Shown: positions 30,005 through 39,947, counted from the first letter of the stretch. The stretch: DNA of 63,143 bases from Clostridia bacterium (GCA_028684195.1 JAQUGH010000002.1:1-63143), one strand, 5' to 3'. Notes: a model not told the origin generated them from the letters alone. Program-made: numbers and translations.

Positions 30005-30463
30005 TTATTTTTTCCCCTTATCATCATCATTAAGATATATTACTTCATTGCAATTAGGGCAACTAACTTCTATAACATCATCATTATCCAATATACTTGA
30101 TTCATAATGAACAATATTATGACATTTAGGACATTCTAATTCTACAAAATTACAATCGCATTCCTCATCATTACAATCACAGTCACATTCGCAGTCACAT
30201 TCGCAGTCATCATCGTCGTCGTACTCATCATCATCATCATCACCGTAGATATCGTCTTCCATATCACCTAAATCTTCATCCAATGCTTCTAAATAATTTT
30301 CAAATTCCTTCTGATTAGTAGATACTTCTTCAATAGTTAAAGTGATTTCATTAAGAACATCAATTACCGTAGAAAACATTTTACCTTCCTTACTCTCCTT
30401 ATCAATATCAAGTCCCGCAGCAAGCCCTTGCAAATATGCAACCTTTTCCTTTAATTCACTCAT
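30005..30463 (-). CDS. CD1247-N-terminal-domain-like protein with acidic CxC-repeat linker and C-terminal zinc ribbon
   Basis: MSELKEKVAYLQGLAAGLDID N-terminus, DDDDDEYDDDDDCECDCECDCDCNDEECDC linker, and CPKC...CPNC ribbon. Confidence 0.65.
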   Translation of the reverse strand: MSELKEKVAYLQGLAAGLDIDKESKEGKMFSTVIDVLNEITLTIEEVSTNQKEFENYLEALDEDLGDMEDDIYGDDDDDEYDDDDDCECDCECDCDCNDEECDCNFVELECPKCHNIVHYESSILDNDDVIEVSCPNCNEVIYLNDDDKGKK

Positions 30464-30561
30464 TTCTTTTCCTCCTTTTAATTTATAATATTATTATACC
30501 TTTTTAGGTTAAATATTAAACACTTTTAAAATAAATATTAGCACTTTTGCCTGCTATATTA

Positions 30562-31119
30562 TTATGCTCTACCCACATATTGCCCTGTACGAGTATCTAT
30601 AATAAGCACTTCTCCATTGGTTATAAAAAAAGGTACTTGAACAGATAATCCTGTTTCTAATGTTGCGGTTTTACTTCCTCCTGACGATGTATCACCTTTT
30701 ATACCTGGCTCAGTTTCTGTTACCTCAAGCTCGACTTGCTTGGGTAGATCAATACCAATAACCTGTCCCTGATAAAACAAAATACCAGTAGTCATGTTTT
30801 CTTTTAAATATTTTGGTGCTTCCTCAAGTGTATCTTCAAGCAGTGAAACTTGTTCATAATTTTCGGTATCCATGAAGTTCCACGCATCACCATCTTTGTA
30901 AAGATACTGCATTTCTTTTCTTTCAATATGTGCTTTCGGAAATTTTTCTCCAGGTCGAAAAGTTCTTTCTACAACTGATCCTGATTTTACACTACGTAAT
31001 TTACAACGTACAAAAGCAGCTCCTTTTCCGGGCTTAACATGTTGAAATTCTATAAGCTGTACTACATCATTATCCAATTTAAATGTTAGACCAGTCCTAA
31101 AATCTGTTGTTGATATCAT
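30562..31119 (-). CDS. efp: Elongation factor P
   Basis: 185 aa, [16 protein letters not shown] motif. Confidence 0.95.
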   Translation of the reverse strand: MISTTDFRTGLTFKLDNDVVQLIEFQHVKPGKGAAFVRCKLRSVKSGSVVERTFRPGEKFPKAHIERKEMQYLYKDGDAWNFMDTENYEQVSLLEDTLEEAPKYLKENMTTGILFYQGQVIGIDLPKQVELEVTETEPGIKGDTSSGGSKTATLETGLSVQVPFFITNGEVLIIDTRTGQYVGRA

Positions 31120-31150
31120 ACTACTACCTCCCCTATATTCTAACTACTAT

Positions 31151-32212
31151 TTATGTACAAAGTACTTTAGGTGTATTATTTAATACTTCGCATCCCTCAT
31201 TTGTAATAATAATTATATCTTCTATCCTAACACCACCCCAATCTGGAATATAGATACCAGGTTCATCAGTTACAACCATGCCTGGTTCTAAAATAGTTTT
31301 ATTTCGTGGAGATAAAATAGGTTGCTCATGAATCTCCAAACCTACTCCATGACCTAATCCATGACCAAAATTATCTCCATATCCAGCATCTCTAATTATT
31401 TTGCGAGCTATTTCATCAGCTTCACAAACCTTCATACCTGGTTTGATTTTTTCAATAACTTTCATTTGTGCCTTACTAACAATATCATATATTTCTCTTT
31501 GATGTGCTGTTGATTCCCCTACTACTAATGTTCTTGTCATATCCGAATGATATCCTTGATAAACTGTACCAAAATCCATAGTAACAAATTCACCATAATT
31601 TATTACTTTATTTGAAGCTACACCGTGCGGAAGAGCAGAGCGTTTACCTGAAGCAACTATAGTCTCAAAAGCATTTTTGCTACCACCAAGTTTCCGCATA
31701 AAATGCTCCAATTCTAGTGCTACTTCCATTTCTGTTAATCCCGGACGGATATATTCCATAATATGCAAATATGCTTTATCAGCAATTTCAACTGCTTGTT
31801 TCAATAATTTTAATTCTTGAGCAGACTTTACTTTTCTTAAATTATTACAAGGATCTTCTTCCGGAACAAATATAACCTCAGAAACATATTCATTTAATTT
31901 TTCATATAACGCCAATGTAACATCATCTTTATCTAAACCGATTACTTTTAAATTATTTTTATTGAAAACATCTATTAAACTTTCAAACAGACCATTTTTA
32001 TAAATTATAACATCACAATCGTTTGCCTGTTCATTTGCCTGTTCTTTGTATCTGAAATCAGTTAAAAGATATTTATTATCAGAGGTTAGCAGTAAATATC
32101 CGTTAGAGCCAGTAAAACCACTCATATAATATCGATTTACTCCTTTTGTTATAAGAAAAGCATCTAATCCTTTTTCCTTTAGCCATTCTTGCACTCTAAC
32201 AAATTTGTTCAA
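31151..32212 (-). CDS. M24-family Xaa-Pro aminopeptidase
   Basis: 353 aa, HGLGHGVGLEIHE and the DEPGIY..GGVRIED metal-ligand motifs. Confidence 0.9.
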   Translation of the reverse strand: MNKFVRVQEWLKEKGLDAFLITKGVNRYYMSGFTGSNGYLLLTSDNKYLLTDFRYKEQANEQANDCDVIIYKNGLFESLIDVFNKNNLKVIGLDKDDVTLALYEKLNEYVSEVIFVPEEDPCNNLRKVKSAQELKLLKQAVEIADKAYLHIMEYIRPGLTEMEVALELEHFMRKLGGSKNAFETIVASGKRSALPHGVASNKVINYGEFVTMDFGTVYQGYHSDMTRTLVVGESTAHQREIYDIVSKAQMKVIEKIKPGMKVCEADEIARKIIRDAGYGDNFGHGLGHGVGLEIHEQPILSPRNKTILEPGMVVTDEPGIYIPDWGGVRIEDIIIITNEGCEVLNNTPKVLCT

Positions 32213-32373
32213 TAAGCTTCCTCCTTAAAAGAATACGTATATGTATTTATGCTTAGTCTGAGATATGAATCATATCCATCATGACATAAATACCCATGTT
32301 TAATAAATTAATTACCATTTGAAGTTTAACATAAACACACTACATTTTCTAGTCTTTTATCGATTACTTTTCT

Positions 32374-32666
32374 TTATTTACCACTCACAGTTATTCCTTG
32401 AATCCTCACCATTGGTGAACCATTTTCTGCATAAAAAGTCAAATCATCACCTATAGCATCAATTTCCCATAACAAATTAAAGCAACTTCCTCTACTTTTT
32501 TAGCCGAGCTTATTTTTTTTCGATAGGTATTATAAATAGCTCTTTCAATTGCTTTTTTTTTACTATCAGAAAAATCAGAACTAAATGTATAACCTATTCT
32601 ATTTTAGAAATTTGGATTTTTATTCAATTATTAAATTTACAGAAGACAAAGGAGTATTAAAATCAT
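32374..32666 (-). pseudogene. Decayed small gene (signal-peptide-like start, multiple stops and a frameshift)
   Basis: AAGGAG lies 12 nt before the ATG at 32666 (MILILLCLL*). Downstream fragments read NRIGYTFSSDFSDSKKKAIERAIYNTYRKKISSAKKVEEVALICYGKLML* and, in another frame, EIDAIGDDLTFYAENGSPMVRIQGITVSGK*. A9 and A8 homopolymers lie in between. No ORF of 60 aa or more in the track. Confidence 0.4.
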
Positions 32667-32734
32667 TAACTTTGTTAACTCCTTGATTTTTTTGCTCCCT
32701 TTCCCGCTAAATCAGCAGTTTCCAACACTTATAA

Positions 32735-33010
32735 TTATTCTAAATGATGCGGATTCTTGCTTATTTTATTAATTGCATTTATAACTTCAGCCAAAATTTC
32801 TGTTCTATCCTGTTGATCCAATATTTTTGATTTTGCATAAACATATCCATGCTTATTTACTACATAACTCGGTTTTATCTTGTTAGCAGCATACGCTATC
32901 ATATCATTTTTACACTGTTCACAATGGCAAATATCAGAATAGTTTTCTAATACTTCATCTAATATTTTACTAATCCAGTTTAATGTATAATTAATGGGTT
33001 CCATAATCAT
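32735..33010 (-). CDS. comFB: ComFB-family protein
   Basis: 91 aa, ICHCEQCKNDMIAYAANKIKPSY cysteine motif typical of ComFB. Confidence 0.75.
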   Translation of the reverse strand: MIMEPINYTLNWISKILDEVLENYSDICHCEQCKNDMIAYAANKIKPSYVVNKHGYVYAKSKILDQQDRTEILAEVINAINKISKNPHHLE

Positions 33011-33049
33011 TCCTCCTCAAATATTATCACAATACCTTTGAAGATTCAG

Positions 33050-33805
33050 CTAAAACAAAGACCAATATAGTGTTAATATTTCCTTTTGAAAGAAAAATGT
33101 TACAAAAAAGCCAAGTACTAAAAATGGTCCAAAAGGGATAGGCTCTTTTCTCTGTCTGATCTTTGTTACAATTAGTGTAATGCCTACAATACTTCCAACA
33201 AAAGAGCTTAAAAAAAGAGCTAAAAATACACCTGGTAATCCTAGCCACATGCCAATAGCAGTACACAATTTAATATCTCCACCACCCATTCCACCTCTGC
33301 TTATAAGAGCCAAAACAAAAGGAATGGTAAATCCAATAACAGTTCCTAATAATATATTTATCAAACTTAAATTTCTTGAAACAATATGATATATAATACC
33401 TGATAATATTAAAACTAAAACTAAGCTATCTGGAATAATATAATGTTCCAAATCAATTGAAGCAATTACTAAGGAAAGGGAAAATAATATTATTCCTACA
33501 AATCCTTGTATGGTTACTCCATAATTTAAAATTATTACACTCCAACCTAAACCATTAATCATTTCTATAACCGGATATCTCCAATGTATTTTCTCCCCGC
33601 AATATCGACATTTTCCTTTAAGAAGCAAAAAACTCATCACAGGAATCAAATCTTTTGGACGAAGTCTATTTTGACATGATGGACAATGTGAAGGTGGGAA
33701 AACTATATTTTCATTCTTTGGCAAACGATAGATACATACATTTAAGAAACTACCAATTATTATACCGATAAGAAAGAAGAAAATTACTATTTCAACAATA
33801 TACAT
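33050..33805 (-). CDS. pilD: Prepilin peptidase (A24)
   Basis: CPSC...CRYCG zinc motif, GGGDIKL catalytic Asp motif, polytopic. Confidence 0.9.
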   Translation of the reverse strand: MYIVEIVIFFFLIGIIIGSFLNVCIYRLPKNENIVFPPSHCPSCQNRLRPKDLIPVMSFLLLKGKCRYCGEKIHWRYPVIEMINGLGWSVIILNYGVTIQGFVGIILFSLSLVIASIDLEHYIIPDSLVLVLILSGIIYHIVSRNLSLINILLGTVIGFTIPFVLALISRGGMGGGDIKLCTAIGMWLGLPGVFLALFLSSFVGSIVGITLIVTKIRQRKEPIPFGPFLVLGFFVTFFFQKEILTLYWSLF

Positions 33806-33825
33806 TACAAAACTCCTTACTTATA

Positions 33826-33955
33826 AAATGAAACTTCTTTCAGTGAAGTTTTTTATCTCCTATTAAATTGGAGACATACCTGTCTTGAAATAGAAGCTAG
33901 TATTTTGCAGGTGTGTCCCCATGCCTACTTTGAAGTACCAGTATTAGCTTGGTTA
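33826..33955 (-). promoter_or_regulatory. Structured leader between pilT and pilD (candidate cis-regulatory RNA)
   Basis: 13-bp long-range helix 33870-33882/33908-33920 with one mismatch. AAGCTA/TAGCTT pairing potential between the loop and 33944-33949. Alternative TCTCC(33856-33860)/GGAGA(33870-33874) pairing. AT-rich hairpin AAACTTC(33831-33837)/GAAGTTT(33845-33851), followed by CATTTTAT just before the pilD RBS. Confidence 0.35.
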
Positions 33956-34009
33956 ATTATTCGGATATATAATATACTCTATTGTATCAATAAATATTAG
34001 GAAGAATTA

Positions 34010-35086
34010 TTAATATCCATCAGAATTAATAAAACGACAAAAATTCTCTTTATCATTCACATATTTCAACGCAGTATCTAAAGTAACAGTTCCGGATTTC
34101 ACTAATTCTCGCATGGACATATCCATAGTTTGCATACCCCATCGAGCACCTGTTTGTAAAACAGTAGGAATTTGATGAGTTTTACCCTCCCTTATTAAAT
34201 TGCGAATAGCAGGTATAGAAATCATTATCTCAGCTGCTAATACTCTGCCATGATCATCAGCTCCAGGTAATAATTGTTGTGTAATTACCCCCTGTAAAGT
34301 TGATGAAAGTTGTACCTTTATTTGTTCCTGTTGACCGGCAGGGAAAACATCTATCATTCTATCTACAGATTGTGAAGCACTATTTGTATGTAATGTGGCA
34401 AACACAAGATGACCAGTTTCTGCTGCTGTTACAGCTGTAGATATGGTTTCAAGGTCACGTAGCTCCCCTATTAATATAACATCAGGATCTTGTCGTAAAC
34501 AAGAACGCAATGCACCTGATAAGGAACGTGTATCACTTCCTAATTCTCTCTGATCTACAACACTTTTTTCATGACGATATAAATATTCAATAGGATCCTC
34601 TATCGTAATTATATGAAATTCCTTTTCTTTGTTAATTTTGTTTATCAAAGCAGCAAGTGTAGTCGATTTTCCACTTCCAGTAGGACCGGTAACAAGAACT
34701 AATCCGCTACTTCTATTAGTAAGATTAACAAAAGATGAAGGTACACCTAAATCTTCAATATTAGGTATTTGATATGGAACTGGACGTATAGCTAAACTTG
34801 GACACCCACGTTGACGATATGTATTCACTCTGAAACGACCCACACCTGAAACAGAATAAGAAAAATCGAGATCACCTTTACTTTGCCAATCAAGATATTG
34901 TTCCTCATTCATTAACGTACGTGCAATTTCTACAGTATCATCTCTTTTTAGCATACCAATTTTACCATTATTTGTCCATTGTGTTAATTTACTAGACATG
35001 CGAAATATTGGTGGGGCACCAACAGAAAAATGAATATCAGATGCACCAACTTCAATAGCTGTTTTTAGTATCTCAACGACGTCCAT
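34010..35086 (-). CDS. pilT: Type IV pilus retraction ATPase PilT
   Basis: 358 aa, GPTGSGKST, AHLVFATLHT-type motif (GHLVFATLHTN). Confidence 0.9.
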   Translation of the reverse strand: MDVVEILKTAIEVGASDIHFSVGAPPIFRMSSKLTQWTNNGKIGMLKRDDTVEIARTLMNEEQYLDWQSKGDLDFSYSVSGVGRFRVNTYRQRGCPSLAIRPVPYQIPNIEDLGVPSSFVNLTNRSSGLVLVTGPTGSGKSTTLAALINKINKEKEFHIITIEDPIEYLYRHEKSVVDQRELGSDTRSLSGALRSCLRQDPDVILIGELRDLETISTAVTAAETGHLVFATLHTNSASQSVDRMIDVFPAGQQEQIKVQLSSTLQGVITQQLLPGADDHGRVLAAEIMISIPAIRNLIREGKTHQIPTVLQTGARWGMQTMDMSMRELVKSGTVTLDTALKYVNDKENFCRFINSDGY

Positions 35087-35262
35087 GACACAATTCCCCC
35101 TTAGCTATTCTTTTTAATTAAAACTTAATTTAAATTGTAAAACTTACTTTATTCACATTACATATGGTAAAAATTCGACATAATTCAGTAAATTCCTTTT
35201 TTATTTAATTAAAAATAAAAAATTATTAAGCTGTACTTTGTTTAATAATTTTACTCTATGAA

Positions 35263-35820
35263 TCATTTTAAAAATGAGCTAATTATATCCCCTTGCAAGG
35301 TAATAACAGTAATAACCATTTCTCCCTGAATATTAACTCCAGATTCCCTAATTATTCTAAGGCTTGTTAAATAAGCATAACAAGAATACTCTTCTAAACT
35401 TTTAATAAATGACAAGATGTTTTTATAATCACCTTCAAATGCTAAGCTAACCTTTTTTTCCAATAGTTCATTATGTTCTTCTGTTGATACAAAAGAAATG
35501 ACATCTATATTAATTTTATTTAATTCACTCCTATTAATTAAAGCTCGTACGATATTAGCTGATGTTGAACCGATACTTACTTCAGTTCCTGTATCATTAT
35601 ATTTTTCTATCAAGGAATCTACATTTTGATAATTCCTTGATTTAGTATGAATCACTTGTATTTCTTTATCTAGATTAGCTATTTCACTGACAAGATTTTT
35701 TTTATATACAAATTGAGGATGCAAAAAAACAAAATAAAGTAATAATACAAATCCAATTATAACAAAGAGAGCTATAACTTTATTGCGAATTTTAGTATTA
35801 GTATTCACCAGGGTTAGCAC
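35263..35820 (-). CDS. pilO: PilO-like pilus assembly protein
   Basis: 185 aa, single N-terminal TM plus coiled coil, position after pilN. Confidence 0.55.
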   Translation of the reverse strand: MLTLVNTNTKIRNKVIALFVIIGFVLLLYFVFLHPQFVYKKNLVSEIANLDKEIQVIHTKSRNYQNVDSLIEKYNDTGTEVSIGSTSANIVRALINRSELNKINIDVISFVSTEEHNELLEKKVSLAFEGDYKNILSFIKSLEEYSCYAYLTSLRIIRESGVNIQGEMVITVITLQGDIISSFLK

Positions 35821-36352
35821 CTCTTTCTATAAAAACAGCAATAATCTCAAATCTAAAAATTCCATCCTCTTTTTTTACAATACTTTTTATATCAATAGTT
35901 TTACAGTAAGATAAATTTTCCAAATCAAATACATATTTTACAATATCAAGTTTTTTTGTACTTTCACCTTGTATTTCTAAAATTTTCTTATCATGTATAG
36001 ATATACAATTAATATCTATATTTGAAGATGATACTTCAATTATATTATCTAACACATCTGACCATAAAATAATTTTATTTTTATAATCTAAACTTATCCG
36101 ATTATATTTTAAAATTTCACTTTCTAATTCACTAATTCTATTTAAACTTTTTTCAACACTAACAAGCTGTTCCTTATTTGTCCTTAAATACTGCACATGA
36201 CATTCCAATAAATTTATATGCTGATAATATTTATAGTTTAATATACCAAATAAAATTATAACAATAATAATAAAAATACAAGTTGCTATTTTTTCTTTAC
36301 TAGCATTAAATTTTGATCGATAAGTTAATGGCATAAGATTTGGTTTAAACAC
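35798..36352 (-). CDS. pilN: PilN-like pilus assembly protein
   Basis: 184 aa, N-terminal cytoplasmic peptide plus TM, position after pilM. Confidence 0.55.
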   Translation of the reverse strand: MFKPNLMPLTYRSKFNASKEKIATCIFIIIVIILFGILNYKYYQHINLLECHVQYLRTNKEQLVSVEKSLNRISELESEILKYNRISLDYKNKIILWSDVLDNIIEVSSSNIDINCISIHDKKILEIQGESTKKLDIVKYVFDLENLSYCKTIDIKSIVKKEDGIFRFEIIAVFIERGANPGEY

Positions 36353-37290
36353 TATGATACCACCTCACGTAAAGATAACCCCAAAGCATAAGCAATTTCA
36401 TCCTTTAATAAAGATTCAGACGTTTCAAACACATTGTTTAATAAGCTTAATTTTAGATTATAAATTGGGAATTCAAGTTTTCCCTGTAACCTAGATAATA
36501 TTTTTTCAGCATCTTTACCCCATATATAAATCGCTTGTGTTTTCTCTTTTTTGATTTGATTATGATAATAATTAAGGGAGCGTTGCAGTTCCCTAATTAT
36601 TTCTTCTTCATTATTTATAATATTATTTTTTTTAATTGGAATAGTGTGAACAAATTGTAATACATCTCTTTGAAAAAATGATACAGATGTACAAGAATTG
36701 CCAATAGCTACGCTTGTCCAAGCTTTTTCTAATTCTGACCAAACATTATTTAGGTAAGCAAATTTACGTAGATAAAGATAAGCCATCACTTCTAAATCAA
36801 TTGATTTAATTTTCAAACCAGATTTTTTAACAAGCGAACTAAATTTTTGCAATACACCATTTTTTGCTGCAATCATAAGTAGCTCCAAATATGTTGTACC
36901 ATCAATCTCCTTTTCACTCAACTTATTATAGTCCATCGTGAAAGAAGTGTTGCTTAATGTAATATATCTAGAAGCTTCCCATTCAAGTGATTTCAATATA
37001 TCATTTTTTGGCATTTGAGGTAAATTTACACTTCTTATAATAGCTTGGCGTGGACTTATTGCTATAACGGTAGGTACTCCTGTTAATTTACTGAGCATCA
37101 CAATTTGGGTTAAATCTTTAATTAATTCGGTTTTGTGTACTATATCACCATCAAAGATTGCACCCGGAGGCGTTATGAATTGTTTAACTTCATTTATTAT
37201 AAATTTATTCCCTGCTTTTCTCTGTATATGAACCAATATTGTTACATCATCTTCTATAGATAACCCAATAATACCCTTGCGAGTAATCAT
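36352..37290 (-). CDS. pilM: Type IV pilus assembly protein PilM (actin-like ATPase fold)
   Basis: About 312 aa. AAGGAG lies upstream of the ATG at 37290. Cluster context. Confidence 0.7.
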   Translation of the reverse strand: MITRKGIIGLSIEDDVTILVHIQRKAGNKFIINEVKQFITPPGAIFDGDIVHKTELIKDLTQIVMLSKLTGVPTVIAISPRQAIIRSVNLPQMPKNDILKSLEWEASRYITLSNTSFTMDYNKLSEKEIDGTTYLELLMIAAKNGVLQKFSSLVKKSGLKIKSIDLEVMAYLYLRKFAYLNNVWSELEKAWTSVAIGNSCTSVSFFQRDVLQFVHTIPIKKNNIINNEEEIIRELQRSLNYYHNQIKKEKTQAIYIWGKDAEKILSRLQGKLEFPIYNLKLSLLNNVFETSESLLKDEIAYALGLSLREVVS

Positions 37291-37327
37291 AATTAAACGC
37301 ACTCCTTAATTTCAAACATAAATGTTT

Positions 37328-37353
37328 TTATCTGAATAGCTAACCGTCGCTTA
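37328..37353 (-). repeat. 26-nt intergenic motif, copy 2
   Basis: Plus strand TTATCTGAATAGCTAACCGTCGCTTA; gene strand TAAGCGACGGTTAGCTATTCAGATAA. Its first three nt are the stop codon of the 37351-38442 gene. Confidence 0.8.
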
Positions 37354-38442
37354 TTTATAACTTATTAAACTAACTGATATTGTACCTAGCTCACTTGGAA
37401 GGATAGGAATATTATAACTATCATCAATAATAATTTTACTATGATTATCCATACTTAAATATTTGCAGATCACATTTCCATTAATCGTGGAATTATTAGA
37501 TATTTCTATGTTCTGACGTGCAATTACAACACCTGTTAAATTTAATGTATTATCAAATTTAATTTTCCCATTGCTATAAAGTAATATATTATTAGCATCA
37601 ATGTTATTATTAAAAGTTATATTATTTCCAACCATAACAATATTCTTTAGTTCTGTTTTATTTGCTACATTTATGTCATTATCAGTTACAAAAACGATTC
37701 CTTCAACTTCAATATTACCAGCAATGAGTATATTCCCTTTAACTTCTATAATAACATTATCTAAAATAAGATTCGTTTTACTCGTAAAATTCAAATCACC
37801 ATTCACATAATAATATTTTTCACCAGTTTTAAAATCATTTTCAGAAGCGTTCCCATATATGATTTTATCAGGGAGTTCTCTTCCTGTATTATTATACCAA
37901 TCCGAATCAAATTCAGGGAATTCAAGGACTTCGTCAGTAAAATGCACCCCATTTAATTTAGCGTGATTATTAATCGTATATTTATGGTTGATTAGATAAT
38001 CTCCTTCAACCATAGAGTTATTATCAAATACGCTTTCTAGATCACTACCACACCCATAAGCAGTTAAGGCATGTGAAGTAAACCCCTTGCTATTTTTCAC
38101 TTCCGCTATAGCCTGTAAAGTATATTTACTATCATTTACGAAACCAATGGATGTCAATTTTATATTATGATTTTCACTTGATGTAACATTAACTTGGTTT
38201 GTTCCAATTTCCATGGTCATAGTGGGAACTATACCTTTAAATTCTGGATGTTGCTTTATATATACTAAAGCTTCTTCAATACCAGCCTCTGCAACATAAA
38301 ATGACTGAAGCTTATGCAACTGTTTACTGGAAATATTCGAATTAAGTGTGGTTATTTGCATAAAAGCCATACTAACCGTTAGTAATACCAACATAGCTAA
38401 CATAGCATATAAATATGCACTGCCATTTTTATTTCTTAGCAA
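37351..38442 (-). CDS. PilX-N-like pilus-associated protein with repetitive beta-rich C-terminal region
   Basis: N-terminal GSAYLYAMLAMLVLLTVS helix and the AEAGIEEAL motif typical of the PilX N-terminal domain. TTG start after GGAGGTG. Confidence 0.55.
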   Translation of the reverse strand: MLRNKNGSAYLYAMLAMLVLLTVSMAFMQITTLNSNISSKQLHKLQSFYVAEAGIEEALVYIKQHPEFKGIVPTMTMEIGTNQVNVTSSENHNIKLTSIGFVNDSKYTLQAIAEVKNSKGFTSHALTAYGCGSDLESVFDNNSMVEGDYLINHKYTINNHAKLNGVHFTDEVLEFPEFDSDWYNNTGRELPDKIIYGNASENDFKTGEKYYYVNGDLNFTSKTNLILDNVIIEVKGNILIAGNIEVEGIVFVTDNDINVANKTELKNIVMVGNNITFNNNIDANNILLYSNGKIKFDNTLNLTGVVIARQNIEISNNSTINGNVICKYLSMDNHSKIIIDDSYNIPILPSELGTISVSLISYK

Positions 38443-38448
38443 CTCAAA

Positions 38449-38982
38449 TCACCTCCGAGGCAAAAACTTTCCTCGCAATACTGTACTAGTGTTTAATTGT
38501 ACAACTCCTTGGTTTAATAAATCTCTTTTTAAAAGAACATTTACTACCTCGCTATAATTTGGAGATATCTCATTATTATTTGCTTTATATATAAATTCTA
38601 ATGTATCTATTTCACCTGCCACCACATAAGAATTCTCAGATAAAATCGTTACTAATGTATCATCTGTATATGTAGTTATCTTCCTTTCAACTTTATTATC
38701 ATAAAGTTTATATAAAACAATCTCTGTATCAGATACCCTTAACTTTAATTTTTCAGATGTAGAATCAGCCAACACGCATTTAGACAATCTTATATCATGG
38801 CAAATTTTATTCATTGCTAAATTAAGGTTTTGCTGAGCTTCAATATTTTTCTCTCCTCTTGCCCAAGCAATAATACCACCATCTAACAAATTACCCACTG
38901 CAACTATAAGCAAACTTAACACAACCATACCTATCATAATTTCTATTAATGTGGTACCTCTATTTTTATAATTCATTGCCAA
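38449..38982 (-). CDS. Minor pilin (prepilin-type N-terminal cleavage/methylation domain)
   Basis: NRGTTLIEIMIGMVVLSLL class III signal. Confidence 0.75.
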   Translation of the reverse strand: MAMNYKNRGTTLIEIMIGMVVLSLLIVAVGNLLDGGIIAWARGEKNIEAQQNLNLAMNKICHDIRLSKCVLADSTSEKLKLRVSDTEIVLYKLYDNKVERKITTYTDDTLVTILSENSYVVAGEIDTLEFIYKANNNEISPNYSEVVNVLLKRDLLNQGVVQLNTSTVLRGKFLPRR

Positions 38983-39368
38983 TCTCCCATTTTGGTAATA
39001 AGCTCCACATGACGTTCTTGTTCAGAAATATTGTAATAAACTGTAACCTTTACTTTAAGTAATCTATTTATTTGAGTACCACCAATACTTTCAACTAATT
39101 CATCAATAATATTAATCTCATATTCAAAATCCGTATGTCCTTGGATAAGCTTTCTATCATCAGACATTAAGATCTCTTTATTTAAATTTTTCGCCTTAAG
39201 ATTCTCCATTATTTCTTGTGCCAGCCCTATAGCTTCTGTTTTATTTGCATTATACTTCACAGTAATAGTTTGACTTGAGAAAGCATTATACATAGGAACT
39301 AAAGCAATTCCTAATATTAAAAGAGATATCATTATTTCTAATAAAGTAAAACCCTTTTCATTATTCAT
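38973..39368 (-). CDS. Minor pilin (PilV-like)
   Basis: MNNEKGFTLLEIMISLLILGIAL class III signal from the ATG at 39368. Confidence 0.75.
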   Translation of the reverse strand: MNNEKGFTLLEIMISLLILGIALVPMYNAFSSQTITVKYNANKTEAIGLAQEIMENLKAKNLNKEILMSDDRKLIQGHTDFEYEINIIDELVESIGGTQINRLLKVKVTVYYNISEQERHVELITKMGDWQ

Positions 39369-39408
39369 CTTTAACACCCTGCTTATTAATGTTGTTGCTA
39401 ACAGTACC

Positions 39409-39870
39409 TTAATAACCTTCTTCAATATATACTCTTCCCGAACCAGAAGAGACATGAATATTTGATTTCATGGACTCATTTCCTAAAATGCCGATAATAA
39501 CTTGTCCTCCTTCAGAAGGAGCCCCACTCTCATCAAAAATAAAACTATTTCTAGGAAAATCAGTTCTAAACAATTCTATTCCTTTTGAAAATTTTTGTAG
39601 CTTTTGTTCCAATATAATATCTTCACGTTTAATCTCAATTGCATAATAATCAGGAGTATCCTTACAAAAAGTTATAATTGCTTGAGCTTCTGCTGATACA
39701 GCCTCTTCTTGTGCATACCTAAAAAGTGAAACCATAGATTTTGCAGTTACTTGTAATTCTTTTTTTTCAATAACAGCAGATACAGCAGGTATTGTAATTG
39801 CAGAAATAATACCAATTATCACTAAGGTAATAATTATCTCTAAAAAGGTAAATCCTTTATTGTTAAACAC
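39409..39870 (-). CDS. Minor pilin (GspH/FimT-like)
   Basis: MFNNKGFTFLEIIITLVIIGII class III signal. Confidence 0.75.
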   Translation of the reverse strand: MFNNKGFTFLEIIITLVIIGIISAITIPAVSAVIEKKELQVTAKSMVSLFRYAQEEAVSAEAQAIITFCKDTPDYYAIEIKREDIILEQKLQKFSKGIELFRTDFPRNSFIFDESGAPSEGGQVIIGILGNESMKSNIHVSSGSGRVYIEEGY

Positions 39871-39913
39871 AGTATCCTCCTAAAGCATAACTTAATAAAA
39901 CAAATTTCAAAAT

Positions 39914-39947
39914 ATAAAAAGCGACCCCTATTAGGGGCACTTTTTTT
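39914..39947 (-). terminator. Terminator or attenuator directly after pilA
   Basis: GC-rich hairpin around CCCCTATTAGGGG (39925-39937) with A and T runs on either side. Overlaps the pilA stop. Confidence 0.7.

Noticed and set aside
33027-33266. 79-aa minus-strand ORF overlapping pilD in another frame.
   Set aside because: It is fully embedded in the prepilin peptidase gene, and its sequence is implausible and Cys/Phe/Trp-rich.
35174-35180. A second exact 0A-box heptamer (TGTCGAA on the gene strand) about 90 nt upstream of pilT.
   Set aside because: A 7-mer is expected several times by chance in 63 kb on two strands. There is no second box and no supporting promoter context.
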